From Macrostomum hystrix (Eukaryota; Animalia; Platyhelminthes): 64,000 bases of DNA. The stretch lies in the NCBI GenBank assembly GCA_950097015.1, contig CATNEN010000025.1, forward strand, positions 3,286,001 to 3,350,000. The letters are read 5' to 3'. Position numbers and translations under genes: made by a program. The notes below the pieces were generated by a model. The model searched no databases. It was not told the origin of the DNA and saw only the letters and a list, made by a program, of their open reading frames with translations. Below are positions 1-38,024 of the stretch, piece by piece (within the stretch, counting starts at the first letter, position 1; each line of letters starts with the position of its first letter).

Positions 1-97
1 AGCTGTCAATCTAATCAGTTAAAACAGTATAAAACAGTCTTTCGAGCTTGCTTGCCGCAGCCAATCACGCTGAATGCACGCACACAAGCCCTGAGGT

Positions 98-530
98 TTA
101 GCTGTCAATCTACTCAGTTAAAACAGTATAGGTTTAGTTGTCAATCTACTCAGTTAAAACAGTATAGGTTTAGTTGTCAATCTACTCAGTTAAAACAGTA
201 TAGGTTTAGTTGTCAATCTACTCAGTTAAAACAGTAGGTTTAGTTGTCAATCTACTCAGTTAAAACAGTATAGGTTTAGCTGTCAATCTACTCAATTTAA
301 ACAGTAGGTCCAGCTGTCAATCTACTCAATTTAAGCAGTATGTCCAGCTGTCAATCTTCTCAATTTAAACAGTAGGTTAGCTGTCAATCTACCCAATTTA
401 AACAGTAGGTTTAGCTGTCAATCTACTCAGTTAAAACAGTAGGTTTAGCTGTCAATCTACTCAATTTAAACAGTAGGTTTAGCTGTCAATCTACTCAATT
501 TAAGCAGTAGGTTTAGCTGTCAATCAACTT
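98..530. repeat. Minisatellite, 36/34-bp unit AGGTTTAGCTGTCAATCTACTCAGTTAAAACAGT(AT)
   Basis: About 12 tandem copies without unique spacers. Confidence 0.95.
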
Positions 531-597
531 AATTATAATAAACAAACAAAAAATGGATAGATACATAGGAAACGACACCTAGCTGAGTTAAGCCAGA

Positions 598-1010
598 TGT
601 GCTGCCAGTGCCCCAGCTGCAGCTATTGCACAGTGCCTCCAATGTCTATGTTCAGCTGTTCAGTCCATGGACAGGGGAAGCCGCCAGATCCACCCAAGAG
701 CAGGGTGAACTAAGCAATGGGTAATGAATTGTCCTGCTCCGGGACACAAATTTTCTCTTTTGTGTTGAGAATCGAACTCCCGACGTCTCGGTCAGGCGAC
801 CGAAGCTGTTATCACTCGGCTAGGTCGGGGGTTCGATTCCCTACTCCACTGAAACCATGTGAGTCCTTTAGCTGTTAAATGGTTATCAACATCAGCTGGG
901 GTAATTGAGGGTGTGTGTGGCATCCCCCAGTCCATGGACTGAACAGCAGTACGTAGCCTTCAAATGCGCCACGCTATAGCTGCGGCTGTGCTGTCGACTG
1001 CACATCGGGT
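598..1010. mobile_element. Two related tRNA-derived SINE copies, head-to-head (minus ~598-822, plus ~823-1010)
   Basis: The minus copy has A-box-like TAGCCGAGTGAT and B-box GTTCGATTC; the plus copy has B-box GGTTCGATTCCC. Both bodies share CAGTCCATGGACTGAACAGC-like and ATAGCTGC motifs. Further body fragments lie at ~20208 and ~26786. Confidence 0.6.
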
Positions 1011-1754
1011 CCAAGTGGGACAGGTCAAATAATTAGTTTTTTACATCTAGTTATAAAGCCCACACCAAATAACAAAACAAAAAGAGTTCAATCTCACCTT
1101 TTACTCGAAATACTTCGCCATTGTTGGCATTAACGCTAAAAGTGCACGAGTCGTCTTCGCTAGGCGCCACCGTGGCGAACTGTTAAATAAAACAAATATC
1201 GTGAAACTATTTAACAATAACAAGAAGCTATTATTTTAGAAAAATATTTCAAAGCCGAGCTTACCGTTAATTGCAATTCACCTCTTGGTCGCTGGCCCTG
1301 AAGTTTGTACTCTTCTTTCTAAAAAAATGAGCAGACCCTTGAACACTAATTAGTATAAAGAAATTTTGGTAGCAGGATGAAAAGCATAAGCTGGTGATAA
1401 ATGGCTTGCCTCAAAATATTCTAGTGCTCCAGTGTCGGCATTTAGCACAAACCATCTTGGTTGGAAGCCTTTGACGACGTTGGTGAACTTTAATAGTACA
1501 CCTTCCACAGTCTGCCTAGCAGTGAGGAGTTGGGTTAGAAGTTTCCTGTTTATAAACTAGCCATGTAAGAAAACTAATATGACCTTGAGAATTGCAACAT
1601 GTTATCATGAAACATCAATTCACTACATTAGAGCCGTCATGTGACCGTTTCAAGGTCAAATAGCGACTTCAGCGGGGCAAACCTTAACCAGGGAAGACGT
1701 CACGTGATGGCTTCAAGGTCAAATAGCGAATCAAACATGACCAAACCTCTATAA

Positions 1755-2077
1755 CAGGGGTCGGCAAACTCCGGCCCGCGGGCCAGATGCCGCCCTCGAA
1801 GCTCCCAAATCCGGCCCGTTGCCCCTTCTGACATTTGCAGTGTCCTGTTTCATCTATCTCGTGTCTAATCTCTCCCGTGTCTAATCTCCCCCCTGTCTTA
1901 TCTCTCCCGTGTCTCATCTCTCTCGTGTCCCATCTTTCCTGTGTCTCATCTCTCCCGTGTCTAATCTCTCCCGTGTCTCATCCCTCCCCTATCTCATATT
2001 TATACAGTCAATGCGCCCCGCTGTCGTCATTTAGGTTCTCTCTTTGGCCCGCCAGCAAATAAGTTTGCCTACCCCTG
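1755..2077 (+). mobile_element. Non-autonomous hAT (Buster-type) MITE, copy 1, 323 bp
   Basis: TIRs CAGGGGTCGGCAAACT / AGTTTGCCTACCCCTG; 8-bp TSD ctctataa/ctctatac with central TA; short internal 16-bp repeat. Confidence 0.9.
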
Positions 2078-3180
2078 CTCTATACGAGTATTAGTAAAGC
2101 TTAAAAAGACAAAAAGTCATGTGACAGCTATAAGGCCAATGTTCTGTGCACTACAGAATTAACCCAATTGATACAGTAATTTACTAAAATATTAAAACAC
2201 TTACCTAAGATGAGCAGTCTCTTCAATTTCAAACATCTAAAATGAAAACATGAAAAAATATCATACAAAATAAAAGCACCCATAAAAGTAGAGAGTTTCA
2301 ATATAGCTAATATAAATACTCACTCGTTTTCTCTGCATAACACTACGCAGCTGTTGCCGTTCATACGGTGTCAGATTATGAATGTCGGCTATTGAACGAT
2401 CAAAATCATCATCCATTATTGGTCTCAAGATTTTAGCTAGCCAACAATAGGATTATTTGTGAAGTTGTACATGTGTTTTAGTTTTCTTGCATTTCAGTTC
2501 TAAATCTGGAATTTTTTAAAACAATGATTTACATCTTCCAAAAAGTTGTCAATGAAGCAAATGTGAAAGGATATACAAAATAAACTAAGTTTTTCATTAA
2601 GCTTTCAAAAGATACTTCATATTCAAGCTGCAACAACACAATATTGTACAGTATTAGCAAATGGAACATCATTTCAAAACTTGTCAGATCAAAAGGTACT
2701 ATTTATAGATTTATAAAAAAATATCATAGATCAGTCTATACTTTATTTCCTTTAAATACAAATCTTTACTTTAAGTTGAGAAATCAAGATGTTCTGGGTA
2801 TCAGCTGTTCCATAGATATATCTAGGCCATGCTAGTGGTCCTAAATTTATGGAATATGAAAAAGATTAAATAGCATATAGAACAGCTTAAAACATCCACA
2901 TTTCATAAGCAGAAAAACCTAAATATATAGATATAGCTCTAATATAATATAGAAACTAGCAAATACAATGATCCAGGAGTTTATCAATAAAGACCCTTAG
3001 AATTTTTATATCCCTAGAACATAACTAACCCAAAGATAACTATAAGTAAATCTTTTTTCCATAAACTAAAATTCAACTAAGGCATTATATAAAGTCCTAA
3101 TTATAATAAAGTATTAAATACAGAAAACTTACTAACTAGAATTTGAGCTCTAGCTACATATGGCTATTATAAAAGTAAGT

Positions 3181-3845
3181 GCTTATTCCCACAGTCCCGT
3201 GCTGATAATTTCAATTTTATCCACATGGATCCATGCCAATAATTTTCTGCTTATCCACACAGCAGCTTGTATGAATAGGTCTACTTTCAAGTCCTTACCT
3301 ATTCTTCTCTGAGCATAAGGCTTTTGCTTCAGAGTATAGTGCATAGTGTACACTATCAATGCATAGTGTAAAATAATAACAATGATGTGTGATAATATGT
3401 GTGATGAGTTTTGTGCTGACTAGAATTCTGCTGGTTGACTTGTATGATTTTCTTTGATAGACATCTTACTTTTTAAGTCAATACAATTTGAATGAAAACA
3501 CGTAACGGTGACAAAAGATTTAGCCAGTTGTTATTACAATAATTAAAAAGGATGACATTAATGTCGCTTAATGAATATGTAGGTCGAAATGTAGAACACA
3601 GTCATAACACACTAACAACTTTGTCGATCTATTGGCTTGAGGGTTCAACAAAACGTTCAAACCCGAAAGGGCCTCGTTTCAAAAAACAGAACCATGTGGA
3701 TAAAATTGAAATTAATGGCACAGCATATTTATATAAAGAGTTTTAGACCTATTCATACAAGCTGCCGTGTGGATAAGCAGAAAATTATTGGCACAGATCA
3801 GTGTGGATAAAATTGAAATTATCGGCATGGGATGTAGGAATAAGC
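3181..3845. mobile_element. MITE-like element with ~103-bp terminal inverted repeats
   Basis: 3181-3283 is the near-perfect reverse complement of 3744-3845; partial third arm copy at ~3690-3725; non-coding interior; no clear TSD. Confidence 0.7.
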
Positions 3846-5633
3846 TCTGCCATTATAAAAAGCAATATATAAAAATTCTAACAATGACTATAGGTAGGGC
3901 GTATGGCTAGTAAAGGACTAATTGTAGCAATTTATGGCAAAAATACTATATTTTACTAAATTTTAGCTAGATAGGGCCTACCTATTGCCTATATGTAGGT
4001 ACAAGTATAATAGCTATATTTTTACAAAAACTACAATTTGATCTAGTAAGCATATTCTATATAATAATGAATTTCATTACGCCCATTGAACTTAATTGAA
4101 CTTGAACCATTGTGTACTGACTTAATATTAGAATTTAATATTATAATTATTTCACTTGATTTGCTTAAGTAGTAAGTATGTTTGTTAAGCAATATTAGTG
4201 CAAAAATGTATATAAAAATATTTTCTAGTTTTACAGATAGCAGCCTAAGAGATCAAGAGAAAGATGATATTGATAATGTTTGAAAATATATAGCATATGA
4301 ATGTTACAGATTATTCCACTAGATACACTAAGTCTTTTAATTTTTCTATAACTTTTTGTTTGTAGATATAAATTGAGTAGAAAAAATAGGCATAAAAATA
4401 AACAACATGCAAATTTATTTATTTTTACCAATAAATAGAAAAATATTCGTCAGGTATCTCAAAGCATGGAATCTTGGCAAAATTTCGAAAGATTTGTTAA
4501 TAATTGTTAAATTAATAATTGATTTGTTAAAGCAACTAATTGATATATTTAGGCGTAAATATATAATAGAGCCAGAAAACCGAATTACTACATCGGCGAA
4601 AATAAGTTTAGTTGCTAGTTGTTATTTCCAAAATATCATAAATTAGTAAAATAAAAATATCAAACTCTTCAAGCAGTAGCAAACAGAAAAGTAATCTTCA
4701 GCCACTGATCCGTACATTTGAATTTAAGACACACGATAGGCAAAGCAAACGCGATGCGAATTCGCGCTTTTATACGTTATAACAAGCTTAACTATTCGTT
4801 TCAAAATTACTTCTAACTTTCCTGTGTATTGCCGTATATCGGACAATAAAAGTTTGTTTATAGCTACTTTAAATCGATAGAATGCTTGTTGTAAAGTGAC
4901 GTAGTATTGGTAACTACTTGGTAATGGTTACTAGCGCGAATTTTTAAAGGCACCAGGCCGAAGAAATATCAATTTATTATCTTAGATATTTTATACGGTT
5001 GAATTAGGATATTCGTTAATACTAACAATACTTCGCTGCGGACACTAGCGTATCTGTAAAGCTACTATTCGCTACACCTCATTTGTTAACTTCACTGTTA
5101 GCGTTGAAAGGAATAGTCGTGCAATGCGTCGATAAACATTATTCGTATATTAAAATATAGTACTTGCAATCGAGTTCGTCTCATGACAGCTCTCAGCCTA
5201 CAGCCGAGAGCCACCTATTGAATGTAGTTTCGTAAATGTCAAACTAAAATATTACTGTAAAAATAGTCCACGCGAGCTGTTTTTGTAAAAGCATCTAAGA
5301 GTATAGCTTTTTAGTTATTTGATTAAACACTTTCCAATTAGTTCCCAGATTTACCTTTATATATCGTTAAAAGTTCTTGTTTTAAGCTTAAATATTTAAT
5401 ATCTATACTCGCTTGTAGAGTACATTCAAATAGGCAATTAGAGCGTTTCAGTTTCTTGGCCTTTCTACTCTGCCATGAAGCTAACTTTTTTGCATTAAAA
5501 GGAAAATTGAATGTCTATGTCTATAATTATGTCGCAAAAATCTTTAGTTTAAAAAACAGTCACACCGAAAAATTTGGTTGACTGTTTTGGTTGACTGGTT
5601 GACTGCTTCTCAGTTGCAGCCTCATCACTAGCC

Positions 5634-6947
5634 ATGGTATACAACTACACAAAGCCGCGAGGCCCTGTAGCCGCCATGTACAGCAGCCCGGGCCCCAAGT
5701 ACGGCCTACCCGGCCTGGTTGGCCAGCCGCATCACGACCCGCGCTCGGTGCACACCCGCGGACCCGCCTATCCATTCGGCATTCGTCACGGCAAGTTCAG
5801 CGACGATTCGAGCCCTGGACCTTGCTACCTACCCGGAGCGAGAATCTTCCGAGATGGCAAGGACGGCACGCCGCAATACTCGCTCTATGGCCGGCCAAAG
5901 GATGGCACTCTGTTCTCTGCGCCAGGACCCGGCGCCTACAAGCCGGAGAACACCAACAAGGTGGTCTACACCAAGGAACCGGCGTACAGCTTCGGTGTTC
6001 GCCACATGGAGTTCCGCACGGACAACACCCCAGGTGAGAGGGAAAATTGTAATAATTCTCTCGAATGGATAACTTTTTACCATAATAAGAATACACATCA
6101 ATTATTCTGCAACGCCTCTATCTTGAAGGCCCGAACGCTTACACGCCCGACCCGATGATGGGCCGAACTCTGCGCAGCGAGAAGCGCTCCGCCCCGGCCA
6201 CCTCGCTGACGGGCCGCTCCAAGATCGGCAGCTTCCACGAGGATCTTCAGAAGGTGGGCGCAGTCAGCTTTAAACGACAATTAAAGCAGAGAACTGCTGA
6301 CTTTGTATAGCATAAAAGCATTAACTACATTAACTATATTATATCTCTTTCTCCACAACAGACACCTGGACCCGGAGCCTACAGCGTGACCTCGCCGGCC
6401 AAATACAAGACTGCCCCGCCTGCCTACAGCATGACCAGCCGAAACCCGATGCCGGGCGACAGCACCACCAAGCCTGGACCGGGAGCCCACTCACCCGAGG
6501 GGGTTAGCTCTTTTTATTTAGAACTGTTTATTATAAGTTTAACACATTCGCAGAAAAATGAGAACCAGTGACAGCAACGATCGATAAATTGACCACCTCC
6601 CCCCCTTCTGTGCCACCATTGGCTGGCTATCCGATCAATGAAAAGACAACCTCACCTCCTCTGTGCCGCCATTGGCTAGCCATCCGATCGATAAATCGAC
6701 CATCTTACTTCCTCTGTGCTACCATTGGCTAGTAATCCGATTAGTAAATCGACCACCTCACCTCCTATAACCTTTAAAAAGCCCTTCGAAAAAACTGTAT
6801 TATATTTTCTTGCAATGATGTATAGTCTCGATTAAATTACATTTTCAGGGCTACAACAAGAGTCGGAAGGCAGCTCCCAACTTCAGCTTCGGCATTCGTC
6901 ACTCGCAGTACAAGGGCGAGTTCATCACTGACGCGGACCTGGAGTGA
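5634..6947 (+). CDS. ODF3: Outer dense fiber protein 3 / SHIPPO-repeat ciliary microtubule-associated protein, 254 aa. Exons 5634-6033, 6129-6253, 6362-6502, 6849-6947
   Basis: Repeated PGP(G)xY SHIPPO motifs (SPGPKY, SPGPCY, PGPGAY, TPGPNAY, TPGPGAY, PGPGAH) and terminal FSFGIRH. All three introns are GT-AG (95, 108, 346 nt) with consistent phases 1, 0, 0. Spliced CDS is 765 nt ending in TGA. Confidence 0.93.
6580..6770. repeat. 53-bp tandem repeat (~3.5 copies) in ODF3 intron 3
   Basis: CTGTGC..CATTGGCT recurs at 6608, 6661 and 6714. Confidence 0.85.
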
Positions 6948-8349
6948 TTAACTAAACTTTAATTGAAGCCAAATTAATTAATTCTGTTTGACACTGATTG
7001 TGTACTGCTAACTATTTCAGAGGCATAGCTCGCAGTGTTTGAAATTGTGTAAGGTAAATGGACATAGAGGTCATATTGTAGCTGCGAATGTCTGTCTGAA
7101 TGTGTCTTGTTTTTCACAACTACTTTATCTGCCAGTTTATTTATCTATTATTGTCACCTGGTCCGCCGATGACGATAAGAATCTAGCCCGTCTAATTTTT
7201 CCGCTATATGCTTCTTTTCTGTGAAGGATTTTTGGGAGAGGGAGTAATTTAGTTTGAAAGCTGTGGCCCAAACTCACCTTGTTTGCATCTGTTTTATGTA
7301 TCTTACGAATACTAAGAAATTAATTTTTTTCTTTAGAGTAGAAAGTACTTCCTTTTTGTTTTTAACAAATAGCTAAATATTTTCGTCTGCCACTGCAGTT
7401 TCTCTAAAGATTTAGACAGAATTTCGAAGTCGTCAAAATTTTTCTTTCGTTACTTTTGTTTTAATTCGCTAGAAAATGGCGCCAACCCATTAAAACAAAT
7501 CTTCTTATAGAAGGAACTCTTTCAAATATATATTATTACTGCTGATTAAAAAATACCTTCCGCTCTTCCTTGTTTTCTAAATTTATTTTTCTAGCCTATT
7601 TTATCCTGTACGGAACAGATTAAAACAAAGTTATTATATCTATTTTCAGAGCGTTGAGCTTTTGCTTCAAAAATTTGCTGGCTTTCTGTACTTTTTCTGC
7701 CCATTTTTGTTTCTGAGACCAGTATCATAGTTAACTATTTAATGAATATGTTAAACAGTCTTTGTTTCATTTTTGTTGTCCTGCTTCCACTGACTAAAAT
7801 TCAGTACGGGTTCTTTTGCACTTTACTTATTTGACAAATAAATACACACGCACACAAAGCGAGTAAGTAGACAGACCTTGGTTTTGCTAATTAAATAATC
7901 AACAAAGTAAACTGTGTCCAACAATTCCAATAATAAAAATAAATTCTTTCCTTATCGTTCGCATTTTGCGCGAATTCAGTGATTAAAAAAACAAAAAATT
8001 GAATCATTCTCTAAGAGCCTACTTACAGTAGCAGGCAGAGAAAAAAACGATAATTAAGTCGGATAATTGACACGCCGAATTAAAAAGGGTTTCGATTCGC
8101 CAACAGCCTTCCAGCCAATAGGATTTGAGCTAGGCTTCCTCTATACGGGTTTTTTAAAGCCTGAAATTGAAAAAAGGCGAGTTCTCTGCAAAATAGATTG
8201 CCGAACTGACTACAGAACCAAGCAGCTACCGCCTACTTCGAAGATTTCTTTGTTTGAATTGACACCCTAGCGAGAAATCATGCACCAGTATCCGGCGCTG
8301 CAGCGCGTCAGATTTTAACAAACTTTTTTGTCTCATCGAACGCTTCATC

Positions 8350-32131
<23,782 letters not shown>

Positions 32132-32679
32132 GAAGTCCAAGCCAGCCAGTGGGCGGATCAGCCAAAGTCTTTCCTGTTCGCTAAACGTATTTTTTAACAA
32201 GCCGAGACAGCCGCCCCATTCATTCTTCATCGTTTTCGTTCGTCACATTGCTTATATTCGGCTGAGTTTGAAAAACAACTTTTATCAATTCAATTATTGT
32301 TTAAAAAACAGCCAATTTTTATTTATTTCTCCAGCGAGTCATGTTCATAACTTGTGCATATCTGCTTCGTAAACCTTTAAAATTACATTTAAAACAAGAT
32401 GTCTGCATATTTAACTCTTATTCTGCTCTGAGATTTTAAATATACCTAATACAAAAAGTAAAAAAAATTCACAAAACTATGTACGCTCGAGTACTTGACG
32501 AACAATTACACGATTCAGTTAATTACGAGCTAATTTTTTCCCATAGACTTCGGATTGACATGTGTGCTGGCTGGTTATCATACATTTGCAGCAGATACTC
32601 ATTGAAAGATTTTCTTCAAACAAAAAAGAATTGCCTTGACAAAAAACAGGTGCTTTTCAAGCAAGGCCAATCTGAGCGG

Positions 32680-33060
32680 AAGTTGCAGACAAGAAGAACG
32701 GAAGTTGCAGACAAGAAGAACGGAAGCTGCAGACAAGAAGAGCGGAAGCTGCTAGTTGCAGACAAGAAGAGCGGAAGCTGCTAGTTGCAGACCAAGTAGA
32801 GCGGAAGCTGCTAGTTGTAGACCAAGTAGAGCGGAAGCTGCTAGTTGCAGACCAAGTAGAGCGGAAGCTGCTAGTTGTAGACCAAGTAGAGCGGAAGCTG
32901 CTGGTTGCAGACCAAGTAGAGCGGAAGCTGCTAGTTGCAGACCAAGTAGAGCGGAAGCTGCTAGTTGCAGACCAAGTAGAGCGGAAGCTGCTAGTTGCAG
33001 ACCAAGTAGAGCGGAAGCTTCTAGTTGCAGACCAAGTAGAGCGGAAGTTGAGTGGAAGCT
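32680..33060. repeat. 30-bp minisatellite GCGGAAGCTGCTAGTTGCAGACCAAGTAGA
   Basis: About 10 copies plus degenerate left edge. Confidence 0.93.
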
Positions 33061-33114
33061 GAGCGGAAGCTGCTAGAGTCGTTAGTCGACGAAAGCAGAA
33101 AATTTGTGAGCTAG

Positions 33115-34210
33115 TTAAGTCCAAGAAAGCCAACAGATGCTTGGGTGTGCAAAATTGATTCAGAAGACTTCTTAGAAAGCTTCCAAGACCAGCAACGCGT
33201 CATGGAGGAAGAGCACAGGCGGAAGAGGCGATCGCGTCAATGCGAAGGCTCGTCGATGCGGTTGGATCCATCGGGCTTTGCTGCCGAGCTGCAACGACTC
33301 GGAGGACGACTTGCGGATCTTCGCCCAGAAGCCGCTGACATAATTCGGGCAACCATTGATAGATTATCGACCGCGACTGCCATTGCTTCCACTTCTAATG
33401 CTCCGTTAAATCAGCCTTTGAAACCGCCTTCGCGGACGCCTTCGCCGCCGTCGCCACTGACGCTACCGTCGCAGGATCTATGGGTACCGCGACTACCTCC
33501 GTCAGCGCCTGTTCCGTCGTTAGTTTTGACAACGGATGGCAGCAACGATCTCGATATTTCTTTTTGCCAGGCTTTGAAACCAAGCCGCACACTGATCGTC
33601 CCAGACGCTGCAGCCGTTCCGACGACGTTGCCGCTGATGCCGCTGGTTTTGGCCCGTCCCATCGTCATGGCGCTGAGTGTGACTTCCAGGATACCGCTTA
33701 CAATGCAGACTTCGGTCCCACCGGAGTCCACACTCTGCGAAAAGCTTCCAGCCGCAGATTCGACGCCGTCGACGACGAACCAGAGGGTTCCCTCACCTGT
33801 GTCTCAGTCGACATCAACTTCGAAGCAGACGGTTCCCTCACCTGTGTCTCAGTCGACATCAACGTCGAAGCAGACGGTTCTCTCACCTGTGTCTCAGTCG
33901 ACATTAACGTCGAAGCAGACGGTTCCCTCACCTGTGTCTCAGTCGACATCAGCGTCGAAGCAGACGGTTCCCTCACCTGTGTCTCAGTCGACATCAGCGT
34001 CGAAGCAGACGGTTCTCTCACCTGTGTCTCAGTCGACATCAACGTCGAAGCAGACGGTTCCCTTACCTGTGTCTCAGTCAAAGTCGCATGAAGCATTCAA
34101 GACGACACCAAAGAGAGTTTCAATTGGGGAAAATAGAATGCCTGCAAGATCACTGGGATTTTTAGCTTTGCTGCTTGACCAGCTAACATCGTCCGGGGCC
34201 AGAGATTGCG

Positions 34211-34285
<75 letters not shown>

Positions 34286-34428
34286 GCAGTAGCAGCCGTG
34301 GTAAAAAAACGGCAGAAGCTGTCGATCGTTGCTCGGCTACGATGTCTGGCTTCGAGTTGGAGGAGGTCCAGGCCTGCGACCTGTCAGACGAGTACGACGA
34401 GATTCGGGTGGTGGTCAGGCAAGGATGA
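33115..34428 (+). CDS. Orphan open frame (~437 codons; first ATG at ~33202) with Pro/Ser/Thr-rich centre, 45-bp repeats and poly-Ser; function unknown
   Basis: Open from the TAG at 33112-33114 to the TGA ending at 34428; GC-rich. Non-repetitive N- and C-terminal parts look protein-like, but no family was recognised. Confidence 0.35.
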
Positions 34429-34751
34429 CTCACAGGTGACAGGTGGAAGGAGTGACAGGTGGAAAGAGTTACCAGGTCCCGAAACTACCGACTTGACGGT
34501 GCAGTCTTGTTTTGCACTTTGCATAAATGGAGTTTTGCTGCCATTTGTACATTGCAATGTTTTCCTTGAAAAGTAATAAGGCTACTTATTACTTATTAAA
34601 TACTTATTACTTATAAATGAAAGTTTTCCAAGTAGGCCTTGCCAAGGCCCAGTGGACGACAGAAAGTTTCAACCGTGACAGTGGCCTTGCCAAATATCGT
34701 CTAATTCGTTAATTTAAAAAGTTCGACTTTGATTATTTCTTAGCCTTAGTT

Positions 34752-35409
<658 letters not shown>

Positions 35410-36349
35410 ATGTTAGCAGTGCAGAGAAGCGGCAGCGAGTCTCGGTCTCACAGGGAAAGCGAGAGTAGGGTCGCATTGAAGAATATTTGAAGTGGCAACA
35501 GCATGTCCAAAGTTGGCAGATTCTCCGAGAAGCCTTTCCACTTCTGCAGCAGAAGGCCTTGGAGTGGCGGGAATGGTCGCCATAGGCTCTCTGTTTATTC
35601 CTTCTACATTGGCTTTGCTCAGTTGGAGCTTAGGGCGGAGCCCGAGGGGGTTCAGTTAATTTGATCCCGGGAGGATTTAAAAAACTCCGGAGTGTATAGG
35701 ATAACAAGCGCGCACTGTGTTCCCAGATAAGCATCTTGCGCCCCTCGTGGCCAGGTCATACTATTGCGCAACAAATGCTTCCGCCTGAACGAACTGGCTG
35801 AGTCCCGACCACTTCACTGCGCGGAAACATCTGCACCAGATGTCTTGCTAGCGCGACTGTTTGACATTTTAATCAGACCAATCGAAACTGTTCACAATGT
35901 GAATCTGTCTACTTTAAGTAGAAATGTGAACATCCTGCCTTTTTGTCTGATTCACTGATGAAACCAGCTCTATATGGCCATATGCACTTTATGCACTAAG
36001 GACGGTGGAACGCAAGATTTTACGGGTATAAATTACTAAAACAATAATACAATAATTTGTGCTAGATTTATGTCTCTATCTCTCTTGTGTGTTGTAGAGT
36101 TCTGTAATCAATTATACTAAAAATGTGTAACAAAGGTTATTCTGCCAACTATACGAACAATATTATATGTATGTACTTCTTCTGACAACTGATGTAAAAT
36201 AGACATTGTTGAAATTGTCACCTAGCCCAGATAGGCAACAGACAAACAAACTATCTGGCTGACTAACTAATTAACTGACTAACTCGTTGATTCGTGTGTA
36301 TATTAATTTGTTAGTAAGTAAATACGTAAATAACTAACCAATTTACTCC

Positions 36350-37272
<923 letters not shown>

Positions 37273-38024
37273 GTGGACCCGTGTGGACCCACGGGGGGCT
37301 AGCCGTACAGGCGGTGGACTTGGGGGAATTCCGATAAATGTTACATTAATCATGCTACTCGTCTACTGCAAGTAGAAAGTATGAAATATATTTTAATATT
37401 TTACCTTTTCACTGATAATCATTTCTTTCCAAACATATAGGCGAGCAAATCATAGTTCATACTAATTAATACAATACAACTTAAGCTAAAGAGTTCAGAT
37501 GTGACTTACTGATTAAGTGCATTTTATATTTGTACATGTACAACGATGTATATTTGTACTTGTACATGTCTTATCTTTGTAGATAAGATTACGCTTTTTC
37601 TATCCTGCTAAGTAAGAACTAATAAGTGACCACCTGACTCACACAAATGATACTTCCACCTCAATGGCTTATCAGTCACGGCACGGCACGACAGTCACGG
37701 CATTGAGCTCGATAGCTGGTAATGTACTGTACATAGCGAGTACAATCGTAAGAAGTAGCTATACATGTACCCCCACTTCAACAGTTCGGATAATCAACTA
37801 TAAGCAGTACTGTGTAACTCAGTGTAACCACTGATGAATCCATAATCGTGACAGTGCACTAAAACAAATTGAAACCAACACAGTAATTTAGGCAACATCC
37901 AGATGATTGAAAAAACATGCAACACTAAGCCTTTGAAGGCTGTCTTCTCTACTTAATAAGGCCTCAAAGTGCACTAATTCAAAATGTACTTTTAAAGAAC
38001 ACGTGTACGTTTGTAGAACAGGTG

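Noticed and set aside
1-530. CRISPR-like array (36-bp repeats)
   Set aside because: Units are directly tandem with no unique spacers, no cas genes are present, and the context is eukaryotic. The same applies to the 32- and 35-bp arrays.
762-840. Functional tRNA genes here and at 10590-10664
   Set aside because: No complete cloverleaf or acceptor stem; followed by repeated SINE bodies.
3217-3810. Bacterial oriC suggested by five DnaA boxes
   Set aside because: The motifs are symmetric parts of inverted terminal repeats in intron-containing animal DNA; no bacterial genes nearby.
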